Part shown: positions 17,964-27,111 of the stretch, one piece after another | How the letters are laid out: every line of letters begins with the position of its first letter | Numbering within the stretch: the stretch's first letter is position 1 | Assembly (NCBI GenBank): GCA_039033415.1 | Contig: JBCCCR010000007.1 | Span: forward strand, 61,262 to 125,261 | Source of the DNA: Pseudomonadota bacterium | Lineage (GTDB): Bacteria > Pseudomonadota > Gammaproteobacteria > Xanthomonadales > SZUA-38 | Direction of reading: 5' to 3' | DNA: 64,000 bases | Notes under the pieces: model-generated | Databases searched by the model: none | What the model was told of the DNA's origin: nothing | The model's input: only the letters and a program-made list of their open reading frames with translations | Program-made: the position numbers and the translations under genes

Positions 17964-20102
17964 TCAGCGAACCACCAGCAGCTCGAAGCTGTCGCTGAAC
18001 AAAAAGTCGGGCACTACCTCCGTCAGCCCGGCGTCGAACGACACCTCCAGGACCGCACCGATGTTTTGAGGCGGATTTAACGGCACGGTCGAATCCCAGC
18101 CCGGAACGGCAATCAGCAGCTCATCTCCACCAAACCCGTTGAAGTTGCCACGGGCAATGACCTGCCCAAATCGATCGCCCGGGTTGCCGGTGAACCCAAA
18201 ATCGTCCAACACAAAGTCCGTCGTCGCGACCGGGGTGTTCGGACCGATCCCCAGGAGACTTCGTCCGGTCAGCCGAAGACTACCGCGGTCGAGATTGAAG
18301 CCAGGTTCCGTTACCCAGAGTTCCCCTCGAAGTGCCCGATTGAGCGTGTCGGCATAGGTCACCTGCCACCCGAAGTTAGCCTGCGTCTCCTCGGTAGGCG
18401 GCAGGAAAACCTCCGGCAGCATGGCGTTGAGAACCTGGAAAGAGGACGACAGGGTCACCTGGACCGCGGCGCCCACGTCGGGGTCGAGCACAGCAGTCAG
18501 GTCGCTGTCGGGCGCCCCCGCCGCGAGGCTGGGAAATTGGTCCGTCGCGTCGTAGTCGGTGCCTACCGCCAATGCCTTACCGAAACCGTTAATCTCCAGG
18601 CCAGGCTCACTGATGTCTGCAGCCACCAGGTGGTCGCTGCTCGCCTGATCCATGAACTGGCTGAACGCGTCACCGGGCAACAGGTGAACGGCGCCGACGC
18701 GGCCATTGAATTCGTCCGCATTGGCGCCGATGAACAGCTGGTCTGGCTGTTGCGGCCCTCGTGATGCCACCGTCAACGATCCTCCGAAGCGATCCCCGGC
18801 TTCCGCCACGCCGGCAATCAGCGATCGATCCTGATGCCAGACACGCCCACCCGGGTTATCGAAACGGGTTTCCAGGCCACCGGCGCTCCCAAACAGCAGA
18901 AACACAGCGCCCGCTCCGTTTTGGCCATTGATACTGGCGCCCGGCGTGCCGATCGCCAGGTCGATACACTGCCGAAACCGATCGCCTGCCTGAACACTGT
19001 CCCGGTCAAAATTTCCCGCCACCAGGCTGGCGCCAAATCCATCGCCACCGGCGGAGCTGCCGTTGATGTCCCCGGTGTCCCGATCGATTCTGACCGTGGA
19101 CGTCGGGGCGAGGCCGACGGCAGAGCCGTTGATCACATATACAGCGCCCGCGTTGAAGAAGGTTGTGTCGCTGGCTGGCGCCCCGACCGCCAGGTCATCA
19201 AAGCCATCGCAGTTGAAGTCGCCCGCTGCCAGCGCTTCACCGACCTGCTCCAGGGGCTGCTGCGACGGCGACAGGGCTTGCGCGCCGGCACTCGTCAGAC
19301 CGGAGAGCGAACCGTAAGCGACCATCACCTGGCCCCGATCCACACCTGCAGCGGTATCTTCCAGCGGGACCCCGATTGCAGCGTCGTCGCGGCCGTCACC
19401 GTTGAAATCACCGACGGCTAGCGAAGTGCCAAAGCCGTCATCTGCCCCGTTATCCTCACCACTCACAAGATCGCTCTGCACCCACAGCACGCCACGGGGG
19501 TTCTCGATGTGGTTGACCTGTCGGAGCGAGACGTCATCCCACAGCACCTGCACGGCTTCGCCGGTCTCGGCAAAATCCAGGACCAAGGAGACTCTCACCG
19601 ACCGTTGCCCGGTGGTCGCGCGAAGCAAACTCCAATTGCCGTTTATCGACGAGCCAATCTCACGAGGCCCGCCGTCACCGATCTCCGCTAGAACGCCGCT
19701 GGTGCAGCTAGCGCCGGAAAAAGACTCAAGCGCCAGCCGGGGAGAGGCATTGCCAACGCTCCGCAAGTATCGGGCTGTAACCAGATACGAGAGTCCGCCC
19801 GAAGTGGCCGGCAAGTTGATACAGTCCGAGGTCAACGCTGCGCGGTCGCCACTGGCGCTCACACGCATCGTAACGGCTCCCAGCGCGCTCGTCGGAAAGC
19901 CGGTACTCGCCTGGTAGAACACCTCACCTCCGCCCTCCGTCGACGCCGTCCATCCGCCACCCGGCGTCTGAGTTGGAGAGAGTGCAAACTCGCCGTTGGG
20001 CACCAGGTTTTCGCTGTCAGAACGGAGCAACGTGCCGGCCTGCGAGGCCCCGGCTGTAAGCAGCATGGCCGATACCAAAAAATGACTTATCCAAGGATTC
20101 AC
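17964..20102 (-). CDS. Secreted FG-GAP / integrin-alpha-like repeat protein
   Basis: Repeats GDFNGDGRDDAAIGVP, GDFNCDGFDDLAVGAP, GNFDRD and GNFNGFGGDELLIAVPG. I prefer the GTG at 20102 (AAGGAG 7 nt upstream), giving signal peptide NPWISHFLVSAMLLTAGASQA. The track ORF starts at 20171. Confidence 0.8.
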   Translation of the reverse strand: MNPWISHFLVSAMLLTAGASQAGTLLRSDSENLVPNGEFALSPTQTPGGGWTASTEGGGEVFYQASTGFPTSALGAVTMRVSASGDRAALTSDCINLPATSGGLSYLVTARYLRSVGNASPRLALESFSGASCTSGVLAEIGDGGPREIGSSINGNWSLLRATTGQRSVRVSLVLDFAETGEAVQVLWDDVSLRQVNHIENPRGVLWVQSDLVSGEDNGADDGFGTSLAVGDFNGDGRDDAAIGVPLEDTAAGVDRGQVMVAYGSLSGLTSAGAQALSPSQQPLEQVGEALAAGDFNCDGFDDLAVGAPASDTTFFNAGAVYVINGSAVGLAPTSTVRIDRDTGDINGSSAGGDGFGASLVAGNFDRDSVQAGDRFRQCIDLAIGTPGASINGQNGAGAVFLLFGSAGGLETRFDNPGGRVWHQDRSLIAGVAEAGDRFGGSLTVASRGPQQPDQLFIGANADEFNGRVGAVHLLPGDAFSQFMDQASSDHLVAADISEPGLEINGFGKALAVGTDYDATDQFPSLAAGAPDSDLTAVLDPDVGAAVQVTLSSSFQVLNAMLPEVFLPPTEETQANFGWQVTYADTLNRALRGELWVTEPGFNLDRGSLRLTGRSLLGIGPNTPVATTDFVLDDFGFTGNPGDRFGQVIARGNFNGFGGDELLIAVPGWDSTVPLNPPQNIGAVLEVSFDAGLTEVVPDFLFSDSFELLVVR

Positions 20103-20270
20103 CAGAGCGCTCCTTCCTTCGCGGTGCGTTGAACTTGATCTGATAACGACGCAATCGCGAAAAGTGCACACACCCCGCTGCGAGGGTGCCGGGAAGGACC
20201 CGTTGGAAAACGAAACGGTGCTCCGAGCTCGGCCTAGATCACCGCGCGAGCCGGCGCTAAGGCACGGGTG

Positions 20271-20915
20271 TCAGTCCGCTTGCAGCCAGCGCTCTCTGGC
20301 CTGCTGCACCTCGGCCAGCTCATCAGCCTCAAGCACGCGGGGTTTGACGATCGCCTTGCCAGACTCCGGGTCGAACAGCGGGTGACGCTTGTGCTCACCG
20401 GCAAAGCGCCGGCGAAGAAGCTTCAGCAGAATGCCAAAGGCGGCTGATAGCGGGGCTTTGGGATGAGCCTTGGCGGCTCCGGCGCCGCCCTTGGCGTGAC
20501 GACCGTGAATTCTCATCCGAACCTGCCCGACACTCTCATCGCTGACACCGTTGATGCCGGGACGAATCATCCCCACAAAAGGAATCGCGCTGGTCAGGGT
20601 GTTGGCCAGCGGGGTGTTGCAGCACGCGGCATACCACCGGTACAAGCCCTTCGGCCTTAGGCGAACACAGGCCAGGTTCTCGGAGCCTTCGGTGAGTTCG
20701 AGGTGGGTCGGCGACATCTGGCAGATTTCGCTGCCGCCAAACTCGTCGAGCACGTCCTGCGTTTCGCCGAGAAAAAACGCAAAGAGCTGACAGTCGTCGC
20801 AGTAGCACTTAGCCCGGTTGACCAGGGCCGGCGACACTCCACGAGCGACACCCCGCAGTTTGCCGCAGCGACAGCTCACTTCAAGATCATGGGTCATGGT
20901 GGCGATTCCCGACAT
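20271..20915 (-). CDS. GFA/CENP-V-like zinc-binding domain protein
   Basis: Cys pattern CRCG...CYCDDC...CC as in glutathione-dependent formaldehyde-activating (GFA) fold proteins. The start is uncertain (second ATG at 20897). Confidence 0.55.
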   Translation of the reverse strand: MSGIATMTHDLEVSCRCGKLRGVARGVSPALVNRAKCYCDDCQLFAFFLGETQDVLDEFGGSEICQMSPTHLELTEGSENLACVRLRPKGLYRWYAACCNTPLANTLTSAIPFVGMIRPGINGVSDESVGQVRMRIHGRHAKGGAGAAKAHPKAPLSAAFGILLKLLRRRFAGEHKRHPLFDPESGKAIVKPRVLEADELAEVQQARERWLQAD

Positions 20916-21087
20916 TTACACGCCATCTTAGTTGTCCAACTCTCATCCAGCCATAGGTCAAATGGCGTTTACCGGTCTTTAGTGCCGGTTTCTTGAACAG
21001 CCGGTTTGCTTTGTCGACCGAACCGGGTGTTGAATGGGGTCAGAGCCCATCGTTGCAGCAAGCTGTAACACAGCAAGAGGTATACCC

Positions 21088-22647
21088 ATGTCACTGGCAT
21101 ACGGTCTTCGCCAGCCCTGCGACGGCGAACCGGTAGGCGGGTCATGTGAGCCCTGCGTTGAGAACACCCGGCGCTGGGTGCTTATTGTGTCGGTCCTCGG
21201 CTCCAGCCTGGCATTCATTGAGGGTTCCATCGTCAACCTGGCGCTACCTGCCCTGCAGGTCGACCTTGAGCTGGATTCCGTGGGGCTGCAGTGGGTTGTC
21301 AACGCGTACCTCCTGGCGCTGTCGTCCCTGGTGCTGGTGGGCGGGGCAGCGGGTGATCGCTTCGGCATCCGCCAAATTTTTGTGCTCGGACTGGTCCTTT
21401 TTGGCCTGTCCTCCGGCGCCTGTGGGCTGGTCAACGATCCGCATTGGCTGATCGCTTGGCGGGCTGCCCAGGGCGCTGGCTCCGCCCTGCTGGTACCCAC
21501 CAGTCTGGCGCTGCTCAACGTGCACTTCGACCCGGAGGAGCGGCCCCGCGCTATCGGCATATGGGCCGGCGCATCCGCCTTGACGACCGCTTTGGGTCCG
21601 CTGCTGGGCGGCGCGCTCGTCGACCATATCGGCTGGCGCGCAATCTTTCTTGTGATGCTGCCGCTGACCGCGCTGACCTGCACGATGGCTCTGGCCAAAG
21701 TACCGGGCCGATCAGGTGACGCCGGTCGCCGTTTGGATCTGCTTGGCGCTCTGCTGCTCGTCGCCGCACTCGGGCCTTTGACGCTGGTCCTTGCGAGCAT
21801 CGGAAGCGGCGACAACCAGACTGCCGCGCTGCTGATCGGGCTTGTCGCGCTGGCGGGGTTTCTCGTCTACGAGAGCCGAACAGCCGAGCCCATGCTGCCC
21901 CTCCCGCTGTTTCGCGAACCCACGTTCGGTGGTGCCAACGCCATGACGGTGTTGCTTTACTTCGCGCTGGGCGGCGCGCTGTATTTTGTTCCGTTCAACC
22001 TGATTCAGGTCCAGGGTTATTCGGCACTCCAGGCCGGTCTGGCTTTTCTGCCGCTGACGCTGCTGCTCGGCCTTGGATCCGTGGTGGCTGGGGAGCAGCT
22101 GAAGCGACGGTCGCCTCGCCGGCTTTTGACAGCGGGTGCCGGGCTGACCGGCGTCGGTTTTGCCCTGCTGGCGATACCCGCCACGACGTCGAGCTACCTG
22201 GTCCACTGGCTTCCCGGCATCGCGACAATTGGCGTCGGGATGACGCTGTGCGTAGCGCCCTTGACCACGGTAATAATGACCTCGGTCGAAGAATCCCAGT
22301 CGGGGGTCGCCTCCGGCATCAACAACCTGGCGGCGAGAATGGCCGGACTGCTGGCCATCGCCGCCCTCACCTCGCTGGCGGTTTACTGGTTTCGAGGAGA
22401 GCTCAACCAGGCCTTGGGAACGTTGGCGTTGAGCGACGACAGCCGCGCTCTGCTGCTGGCCCGTGCGCACGAGCTGGCGGGTATCAGCCTGACTTCCGTC
22501 GACGACACCGTGGCGCTAAGGGAGGCGATCCTGGAGAGCTATGTGGCGGTCTTTCGCCAGCTCATGTTCCTATGTGCCGGTCTGGCCGCAACAGCCGCCG
22601 TCATCGCCTGGAGCACGATAAGACAAGGTCCACCGCAGCCATCGTGA
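21088..22647 (+). CDS. MFS transporter, DHA2 (EmrB/QacA, 14-TMS) family
   Basis: About 14 hydrophobic helices and motifs GGAAGDRFGIRQIF and LGPLLGGALVD. The ATG at 21088 has AAGAGG 8 nt upstream. Confidence 0.85.
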   Translation: MSLAYGLRQPCDGEPVGGSCEPCVENTRRWVLIVSVLGSSLAFIEGSIVNLALPALQVDLELDSVGLQWVVNAYLLALSSLVLVGGAAGDRFGIRQIFVLGLVLFGLSSGACGLVNDPHWLIAWRAAQGAGSALLVPTSLALLNVHFDPEERPRAIGIWAGASALTTALGPLLGGALVDHIGWRAIFLVMLPLTALTCTMALAKVPGRSGDAGRRLDLLGALLLVAALGPLTLVLASIGSGDNQTAALLIGLVALAGFLVYESRTAEPMLPLPLFREPTFGGANAMTVLLYFALGGALYFVPFNLIQVQGYSALQAGLAFLPLTLLLGLGSVVAGEQLKRRSPRRLLTAGAGLTGVGFALLAIPATTSSYLVHWLPGIATIGVGMTLCVAPLTTVIMTSVEESQSGVASGINNLAARMAGLLAIAALTSLAVYWFRGELNQALGTLALSDDSRALLLARAHELAGISLTSVDDTVALREAILESYVAVFRQLMFLCAGLAATAAVIAWSTIRQGPPQPS

Positions 22648-22683
22648 CGTGATCAGCGCACGAATCGATCCAACAGCAGCCCC

Positions 22684-23070
22684 CTATTCGGTATGGTCGT
22701 GTTGACCCTGACGCAGCGCAATCGCCGCCAGCGACAGCACCAAAATGGCTGACGCCTCGAACAGTATCGTCTCCGGCGCCATGTCCTTACTCTGCAGTAC
22801 GATCAGCCGAGCCAGCGCGGTAATGGCGATAAAAATCGGGTACATCACCGGGATCACCTGGCTTCGATAGAAAACGCCCACCATGGAAACGACCTCGGTA
22901 TAGAGGAACAGCAGCAGGATGTCGGCGATCTGGATTGTCTGGTTACGCCAGACAACGCCGACCTCGATCATCACCGCCCCCACCGTCAACAGTGCGATCA
23001 GGATCAGAATGGTCTTCTCGATCAGGACAAACAGTTTGCCTACATCGATACCGTTTGGGCTAGCAGCCAA
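22684..23070 (-). CDS. psiE: PsiE-family membrane protein (phosphate-starvation-inducible protein E-like)
   Basis: 128 aa with 4 TM helices. The segment FLYTEVVSMVGVFYRSQVIPVMYPIFIAITALARLIVL aligns by eye with E. coli PsiE FLYFEFIALIVKYF...YIGITAIVRLIIV. TTG start with GAGGA upstream. Confidence 0.6.
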   Translation of the reverse strand: MAASPNGIDVGKLFVLIEKTILILIALLTVGAVMIEVGVVWRNQTIQIADILLLFLYTEVVSMVGVFYRSQVIPVMYPIFIAITALARLIVLQSKDMAPETILFEASAILVLSLAAIALRQGQHDHTE

Positions 23071-23087
23071 AGCGTTTTCCTCAGCTT

Positions 23088-23921
23088 TTAGGGTGAATCG
23101 GGCTCAAACCGAAAGAAATCGACGAGCACCCGGGCATATTCTTCAGCACGGCTGTCGACGTGGCGTGGATGGGTGCCGGCAAACTCATGCGACCGGGCTC
23201 CAGGAATTGCTCCCAGGGTGGCCTCATGCTGATCGAACAGGGTGTCCCCGGTCGCTGCTGTCACCAGTGTCGGCAGCGACAGTTTGGCCAGCTGCGGGTG
23301 CACGTCATAGTTCAGAAAGGCGCGGGCTCCGAGCTCCATGTCCAGCCCCTGCTGCAGACTGTCGACCAAAGCCTGTATGACTCGACGATTGCCGGCCCCA
23401 TCCAGCGTGAGTTCCGGGTTCCACGCTCGATGGAGGTTCAACGATCGACGCCAGGCCTCCAGGACATGTCCGCCAGCTTCATCAGGGTCCGGCGCGCTGT
23501 TGTCGAAGAGACCAATGATTCTTTCACGGGTTTCTCGGTCCCAGAGCGGGAGGCCGTCGATGACCAGATGAGTCGCCAGCTGCGGACGCGTGACCACCAG
23601 CTCCACCGCCATCTGGGCGGTCATATGCCCACCGACCAGCTTGATCGAACTCAGGTTCGCTTGATCGATCGCCTGTCCTAAAGCGGCCGCAGCCATCTCA
23701 AACGAATAACCAGGAGGCAGTGGCGCCGAACGCCCATTGCCCAGGGCGTCAAGCGCCCATGCCTGATAACCCTGCGCTGCAAGGGCTGGCAGGATGTGGT
23801 CGAACTGAGCTCCGCTACCCGGGGTGAGATGAAGCAGCACAACCGGCTCCCCCTCACCCGCGGTACGGGCATGAAGCTGGCCAAATTCCGTATCGAGGTA
23901 CGAAAGCCGAACGGCACTCAC
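23088..23921 (-). CDS. Alpha/beta-fold hydrolase
   Basis: 277 aa with the fold pattern HLTPGSG...G.G.S. and a nucleophile elbow region (VGGHMTA, atypical). The GTG start overlaps the upstream stop (GTGA). Confidence 0.7.
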   Translation of the reverse strand: MSAVRLSYLDTEFGQLHARTAGEGEPVVLLHLTPGSGAQFDHILPALAAQGYQAWALDALGNGRSAPLPPGYSFEMAAAALGQAIDQANLSSIKLVGGHMTAQMAVELVVTRPQLATHLVIDGLPLWDRETRERIIGLFDNSAPDPDEAGGHVLEAWRRSLNLHRAWNPELTLDGAGNRRVIQALVDSLQQGLDMELGARAFLNYDVHPQLAKLSLPTLVTAATGDTLFDQHEATLGAIPGARSHEFAGTHPRHVDSRAEEYARVLVDFFRFEPDSP

Positions 23922-24841
23922 GCTTCGCGGCGCCAGACAACCGGAAAAATCGACTCCGGCGGCGCCTCACCGCGCACCAGAACGTTTTGGTCCGGCAGGT
24001 TCGCGAGCGGGAGGGTCAGCGGGTTGGGATCCCAGCGGGCGTCAGAACCCAGCCAGCGAGTCGAAAAGGACAGCCTACTCCCCTGGTCGCTGCCAGTGCG
24101 GGCGCGCGATCCGTGGATCGTTTTAGGGTGGATCAAGAGCGCATCCCCGGCACGGGCCGGCCATGAGCGGATGTCAGCGTCCGGGGCATTCACGCGATCC
24201 AGCAGATGCTGCCAGGGCAGATAATCCGGTGGACGCTCAATGTCCTGCGGGGCAAAGGTGGAGTGGTATCGGTGTGGATCGTGATTGGAGCCCGCCAGCG
24301 TCAGCAGCGGCGCGTTGTCCTCGGCTACGTCGGTCAACGCTACCCAAAGCGATGGAATCTGCGTTCCCTTGTAACCATAGGTGCACTCATCGTTGTGCCA
24401 GGGCGTGGCCTGGCGCTCGTCGCTGCCTGTCTTGCGAAAAACCGCGTCCACCCAAAACCGTAGATCGTCGGCGCCCGTCAGCTCCGCCACAAGCTCCGTG
24501 GCGGGCGAGTGGGTCATCCAGTCCTGAAATTCCCGCGCGCACGCCATGATGCCGTTCATCTGCTCCCCGCCCGGCACCTCGTACCGCGTCGGAGAAATTG
24601 GCACTGGACAGTCCCATACCGGCTCGGGAGTTTCCCCCGCCACAAACGTCTCGCTCACCCGATTGATGCCTTGGGTGAGTTGATCGACCCACTGCTGGCC
24701 GAATGCACCCTCAATGCGGACGCAGCCAATTTCTTGGTATTCATCGATATGTGCCTGGGTGATCAAGATCCGTTGCCTTTGCTGAAAAAAGCCAGCGGCT
24801 AGATTACCGAAGTACAGACAGAATGCGAGCTGACCAATCAC
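23918..24841 (-). CDS. Phytanoyl-CoA dioxygenase (PhyH) family Fe(II)/2-oxoglutarate oxygenase
   Basis: HxD motif (WHND) and a distal His (IHGS) with Arg downstream, at PhyH-like spacing. The first ~25 codons look non-native, so the start is uncertain. Confidence 0.6.
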   Translation of the reverse strand: MIGQLAFCLYFGNLAAGFFQQRQRILITQAHIDEYQEIGCVRIEGAFGQQWVDQLTQGINRVSETFVAGETPEPVWDCPVPISPTRYEVPGGEQMNGIMACAREFQDWMTHSPATELVAELTGADDLRFWVDAVFRKTGSDERQATPWHNDECTYGYKGTQIPSLWVALTDVAEDNAPLLTLAGSNHDPHRYHSTFAPQDIERPPDYLPWQHLLDRVNAPDADIRSWPARAGDALLIHPKTIHGSRARTGSDQGSRLSFSTRWLGSDARWDPNPLTLPLANLPDQNVLVRGEAPPESIFPVVWRREA

Positions 24842-24944
24842 CGTGCCGGTCGCTTGACTTGTAGCGCCACCTCGCCGAGATTGTCGGCATGAGCACTAAA
24901 ACATACCAGCACACTTTTGGTAACCAAATTCATAGGAGCAGGCG

Positions 24945-25325
24945 ATGCGAGCATCGGTAGAGGTTGACGGCAAAGGGCGCCGCGAAGCGCGCAATCCGTG
25001 TCTCGAACCCTGTGCGATCGAGCGCGGTATGCGCATTATTGGTGGTAAGTGGACCGGCTCCATTTTGTGGCACCTCAAAGACGGTCCCGTGCGCTTCAAT
25101 GACCTCGCCCGAATGGTTGGCGGGGCCAGCAAGAAAATGATCACCGAGCGCCTGCGCCTGCTTCAAACGCAGGGTTTGGTTGAACGCACGGTCATCGACA
25201 GCGCTCCCGTTTCCGTGGAGTACTCCATTACCCCGTTGGGTTCGACAGCGCTGGGATTTCTGGATCAGCTTCGACAATGGAGTGAGAGCTTGCCTGGCGA
25301 GCCAACCCAGGGAGATTCCGCGTAG
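24945..25325 (+). CDS. HxlR-family transcriptional regulator
   Basis: CAIERGMRIIGGKWTGSILWHL...VRFNDL...ITERLRLLQTQGLVER is the canonical HxlR winged-helix pattern. Confidence 0.85.
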   Translation: MRASVEVDGKGRREARNPCLEPCAIERGMRIIGGKWTGSILWHLKDGPVRFNDLARMVGGASKKMITERLRLLQTQGLVERTVIDSAPVSVEYSITPLGSTALGFLDQLRQWSESLPGEPTQGDSA

Positions 25326-26497
25326 TGCAACCCCTCTCAGACATCCGCGTCATCGAATTCTGCCAGGTTGCCGCCGGTCCCTACGCGGGTATGTTGCTCG
25401 CAGACCTGGGCGCAGACGTCATCAAGGTAGAGCCCCGCCAGGGTGACTCCATGCGCGCCTGGCCGCCCTTGACCGACGGCTTCAGCGAGAACTTTGCGTC
25501 GCTCAACCGCAACAAGCGTTCGGTGGTGCTGGACCTGAAGTCAGACTCGGGCGCAGAAACCGCCCGCAAGCTTATTAGCGGCGCCGACGTAGTAATCGAA
25601 AACAATCGTCCCGGCGTCATGGCCCGCCTCGGACTATCTTATGAAGACGCCAAAGCGCTTCAGCCAAAGCTGGTGTACTGCGCTATCTCAGCTTTCGGCC
25701 AGAGCGGTCCACGAGCAACTGATGGCGGCTTCGACGTGACCGTTCAGGCCGCATCGGGAATTATGAGCGTCACGGGTGAGGAAGATGGAGAGCCGGTCAA
25801 AGCGGGGGTGCCCGTCTCGGACTTCTGCGCGGGTCTCTATGCGGCCTACGCTATCGCGGCGCTGCTCAAGCGTGTGGCCGACGGTGGCCCCGGTGGTTTT
25901 GTTGATATGTCGATGCTGGGCGCAAGCCTGGGTATTGCGGCGCTGCAGACCAGTGAGTTTTTTGGCACGGACTCCAACCCCAGAAAGCTCGGCTCAGCCC
26001 ATCCACGAAACGCGCCCTATCAGGCGTTCCGAGCGCGAGACACCCATTTTGTGCTGGCGGCCGGCAACGACAAGCTGTGGGCATCGGTATGTGACGTCAT
26101 CGATCGGCCCGAGCTCACGGAGCACCCGGACTACCTGACAACCACCGCCCGCGCCCGAAACCAGACCCAGCTCAAAGCATTAATGGAAGAGATTTTTGCC
26201 CACGAAGACGCGGCGGTATGGATCCACCGACTTCGCGAACGCGGCGTGCCCTGCGAACCGATCAACGCCTACCGGGAGGCCCTGCAGGACCCACAGGTCG
26301 CTCATTCAGGCTGGGTCACCGATCTCACCCTGCCCTCCGGTGCCGTGACCCAAACCTTTGGCTTTCCGGCGCTGATCAACGGCCAGAATGCGCCGATTTA
26401 TCGCGCGCCACCCACGCTTGGCGAACACACAGAGGAGGTACTGCAGGAGTTGACTTCCGGCGATGTGACCAAGGCACAGCAACCCGCGTCACCATGA
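25325..26497 (+). CDS. Family III CoA-transferase (CaiB/BaiF family)
   Basis: N-terminus LSDIRVIEFCQVAAGPYAGMLLADLGADVIKVEP, the catalytic-Asp region GVPVSDFCAGLYA, and a length of 390 aa. The GTG start overlaps the HxlR stop by 1 nt. Confidence 0.9.
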   Translation: MQPLSDIRVIEFCQVAAGPYAGMLLADLGADVIKVEPRQGDSMRAWPPLTDGFSENFASLNRNKRSVVLDLKSDSGAETARKLISGADVVIENNRPGVMARLGLSYEDAKALQPKLVYCAISAFGQSGPRATDGGFDVTVQAASGIMSVTGEEDGEPVKAGVPVSDFCAGLYAAYAIAALLKRVADGGPGGFVDMSMLGASLGIAALQTSEFFGTDSNPRKLGSAHPRNAPYQAFRARDTHFVLAAGNDKLWASVCDVIDRPELTEHPDYLTTTARARNQTQLKALMEEIFAHEDAAVWIHRLRERGVPCEPINAYREALQDPQVAHSGWVTDLTLPSGAVTQTFGFPALINGQNAPIYRAPPTLGEHTEEVLQELTSGDVTKAQQPASP

Positions 26498-27081
26498 AGC
26501 TCGCAAACAAAACGTCCGGCGCTTTGCGCCAGTTTGTCGTCGCGGTGACCGAAGCGATCGAGCATGAAAACCAGAAGGCGGGATACCCAGCTTCACTCCC
26601 TGACGCCCTGAAGCGGCTCGTAGCGGACGATAATTGGCTGCCGGACGCGTTCGCACAGCCTGAGGCCCGGAGCTATTGTCAGTACCTGCTCCACTGCGAC
26701 CCCCTTGAGCGGTTCAGCGTCGTGAGTTTTGTCTGGGCGGCCGGCCAACAGACTCCGATCCACGACCATACCGTTTGGGGCGCCATCGGCCAGCTCCGTG
26801 GCACCGAGCGGTCGACACCTTACAAGCGAGAAAACGGGGGCCAGCTGGTCGCCGGGGCGCCAGAGTCGACGTCACCTGGTGATGTCATCGCCTTTTCGCC
26901 GGCGGACGGGGACATACACCAGGTGGTTAATCCGGGACCAGAAACCGCGATCAGCATCCACGTGTACGGCGCCAACATCGGCCGGATCACTCGCTCCGTC
27001 TACGATCCGCTCACCGGAGCCGCTTCAGCCTTTGTCAGCGGCTATTCGAACCGAGTCCTGCCAAACCTCTGGGAATACTGA
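26494..27081 (+). CDS. mdo: Cupin thiol dioxygenase, cysteine dioxygenase family, Gln-type (3-mercaptopropionate dioxygenase-like)
   Basis: 3-His site IHDH...IHQV and ISIHVYGANIG. Y-C-Q (Gln codon at 26680-26682) sits where eukaryotic CDO has Y-x-R. The ATG at 26494 overlaps the CoA-transferase stop (ATGA). The track ORF (26218) is an upstream out-of-context extension. Confidence 0.8.
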   Translation: MKLANKTSGALRQFVVAVTEAIEHENQKAGYPASLPDALKRLVADDNWLPDAFAQPEARSYCQYLLHCDPLERFSVVSFVWAAGQQTPIHDHTVWGAIGQLRGTERSTPYKRENGGQLVAGAPESTSPGDVIAFSPADGDIHQVVNPGPETAISIHVYGANIGRITRSVYDPLTGAASAFVSGYSNRVLPNLWEY

Positions 27082-27111
27082 GCACCGGGACAGTCAACCG
27101 CGCTGCGGCGA

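Noticed and set aside
20979-21815. 278-aa ORF antisense to the MFS transporter gene
   Set aside because: Its composition is Ala/Pro/Ser/Arg-rich with low complexity, which is typical of shadow ORFs in high-GC DNA. The opposite strand encodes a clearly recognisable DHA2 transporter.
26218-26493. Upstream 92-codon extension of the thiol dioxygenase ORF
   Set aside because: It lies inside the CoA-transferase coding region in another frame. The ATG at 26494 with the ATGA overlap gives a protein of the size typical for bacterial CDO homologues (about 195 aa).
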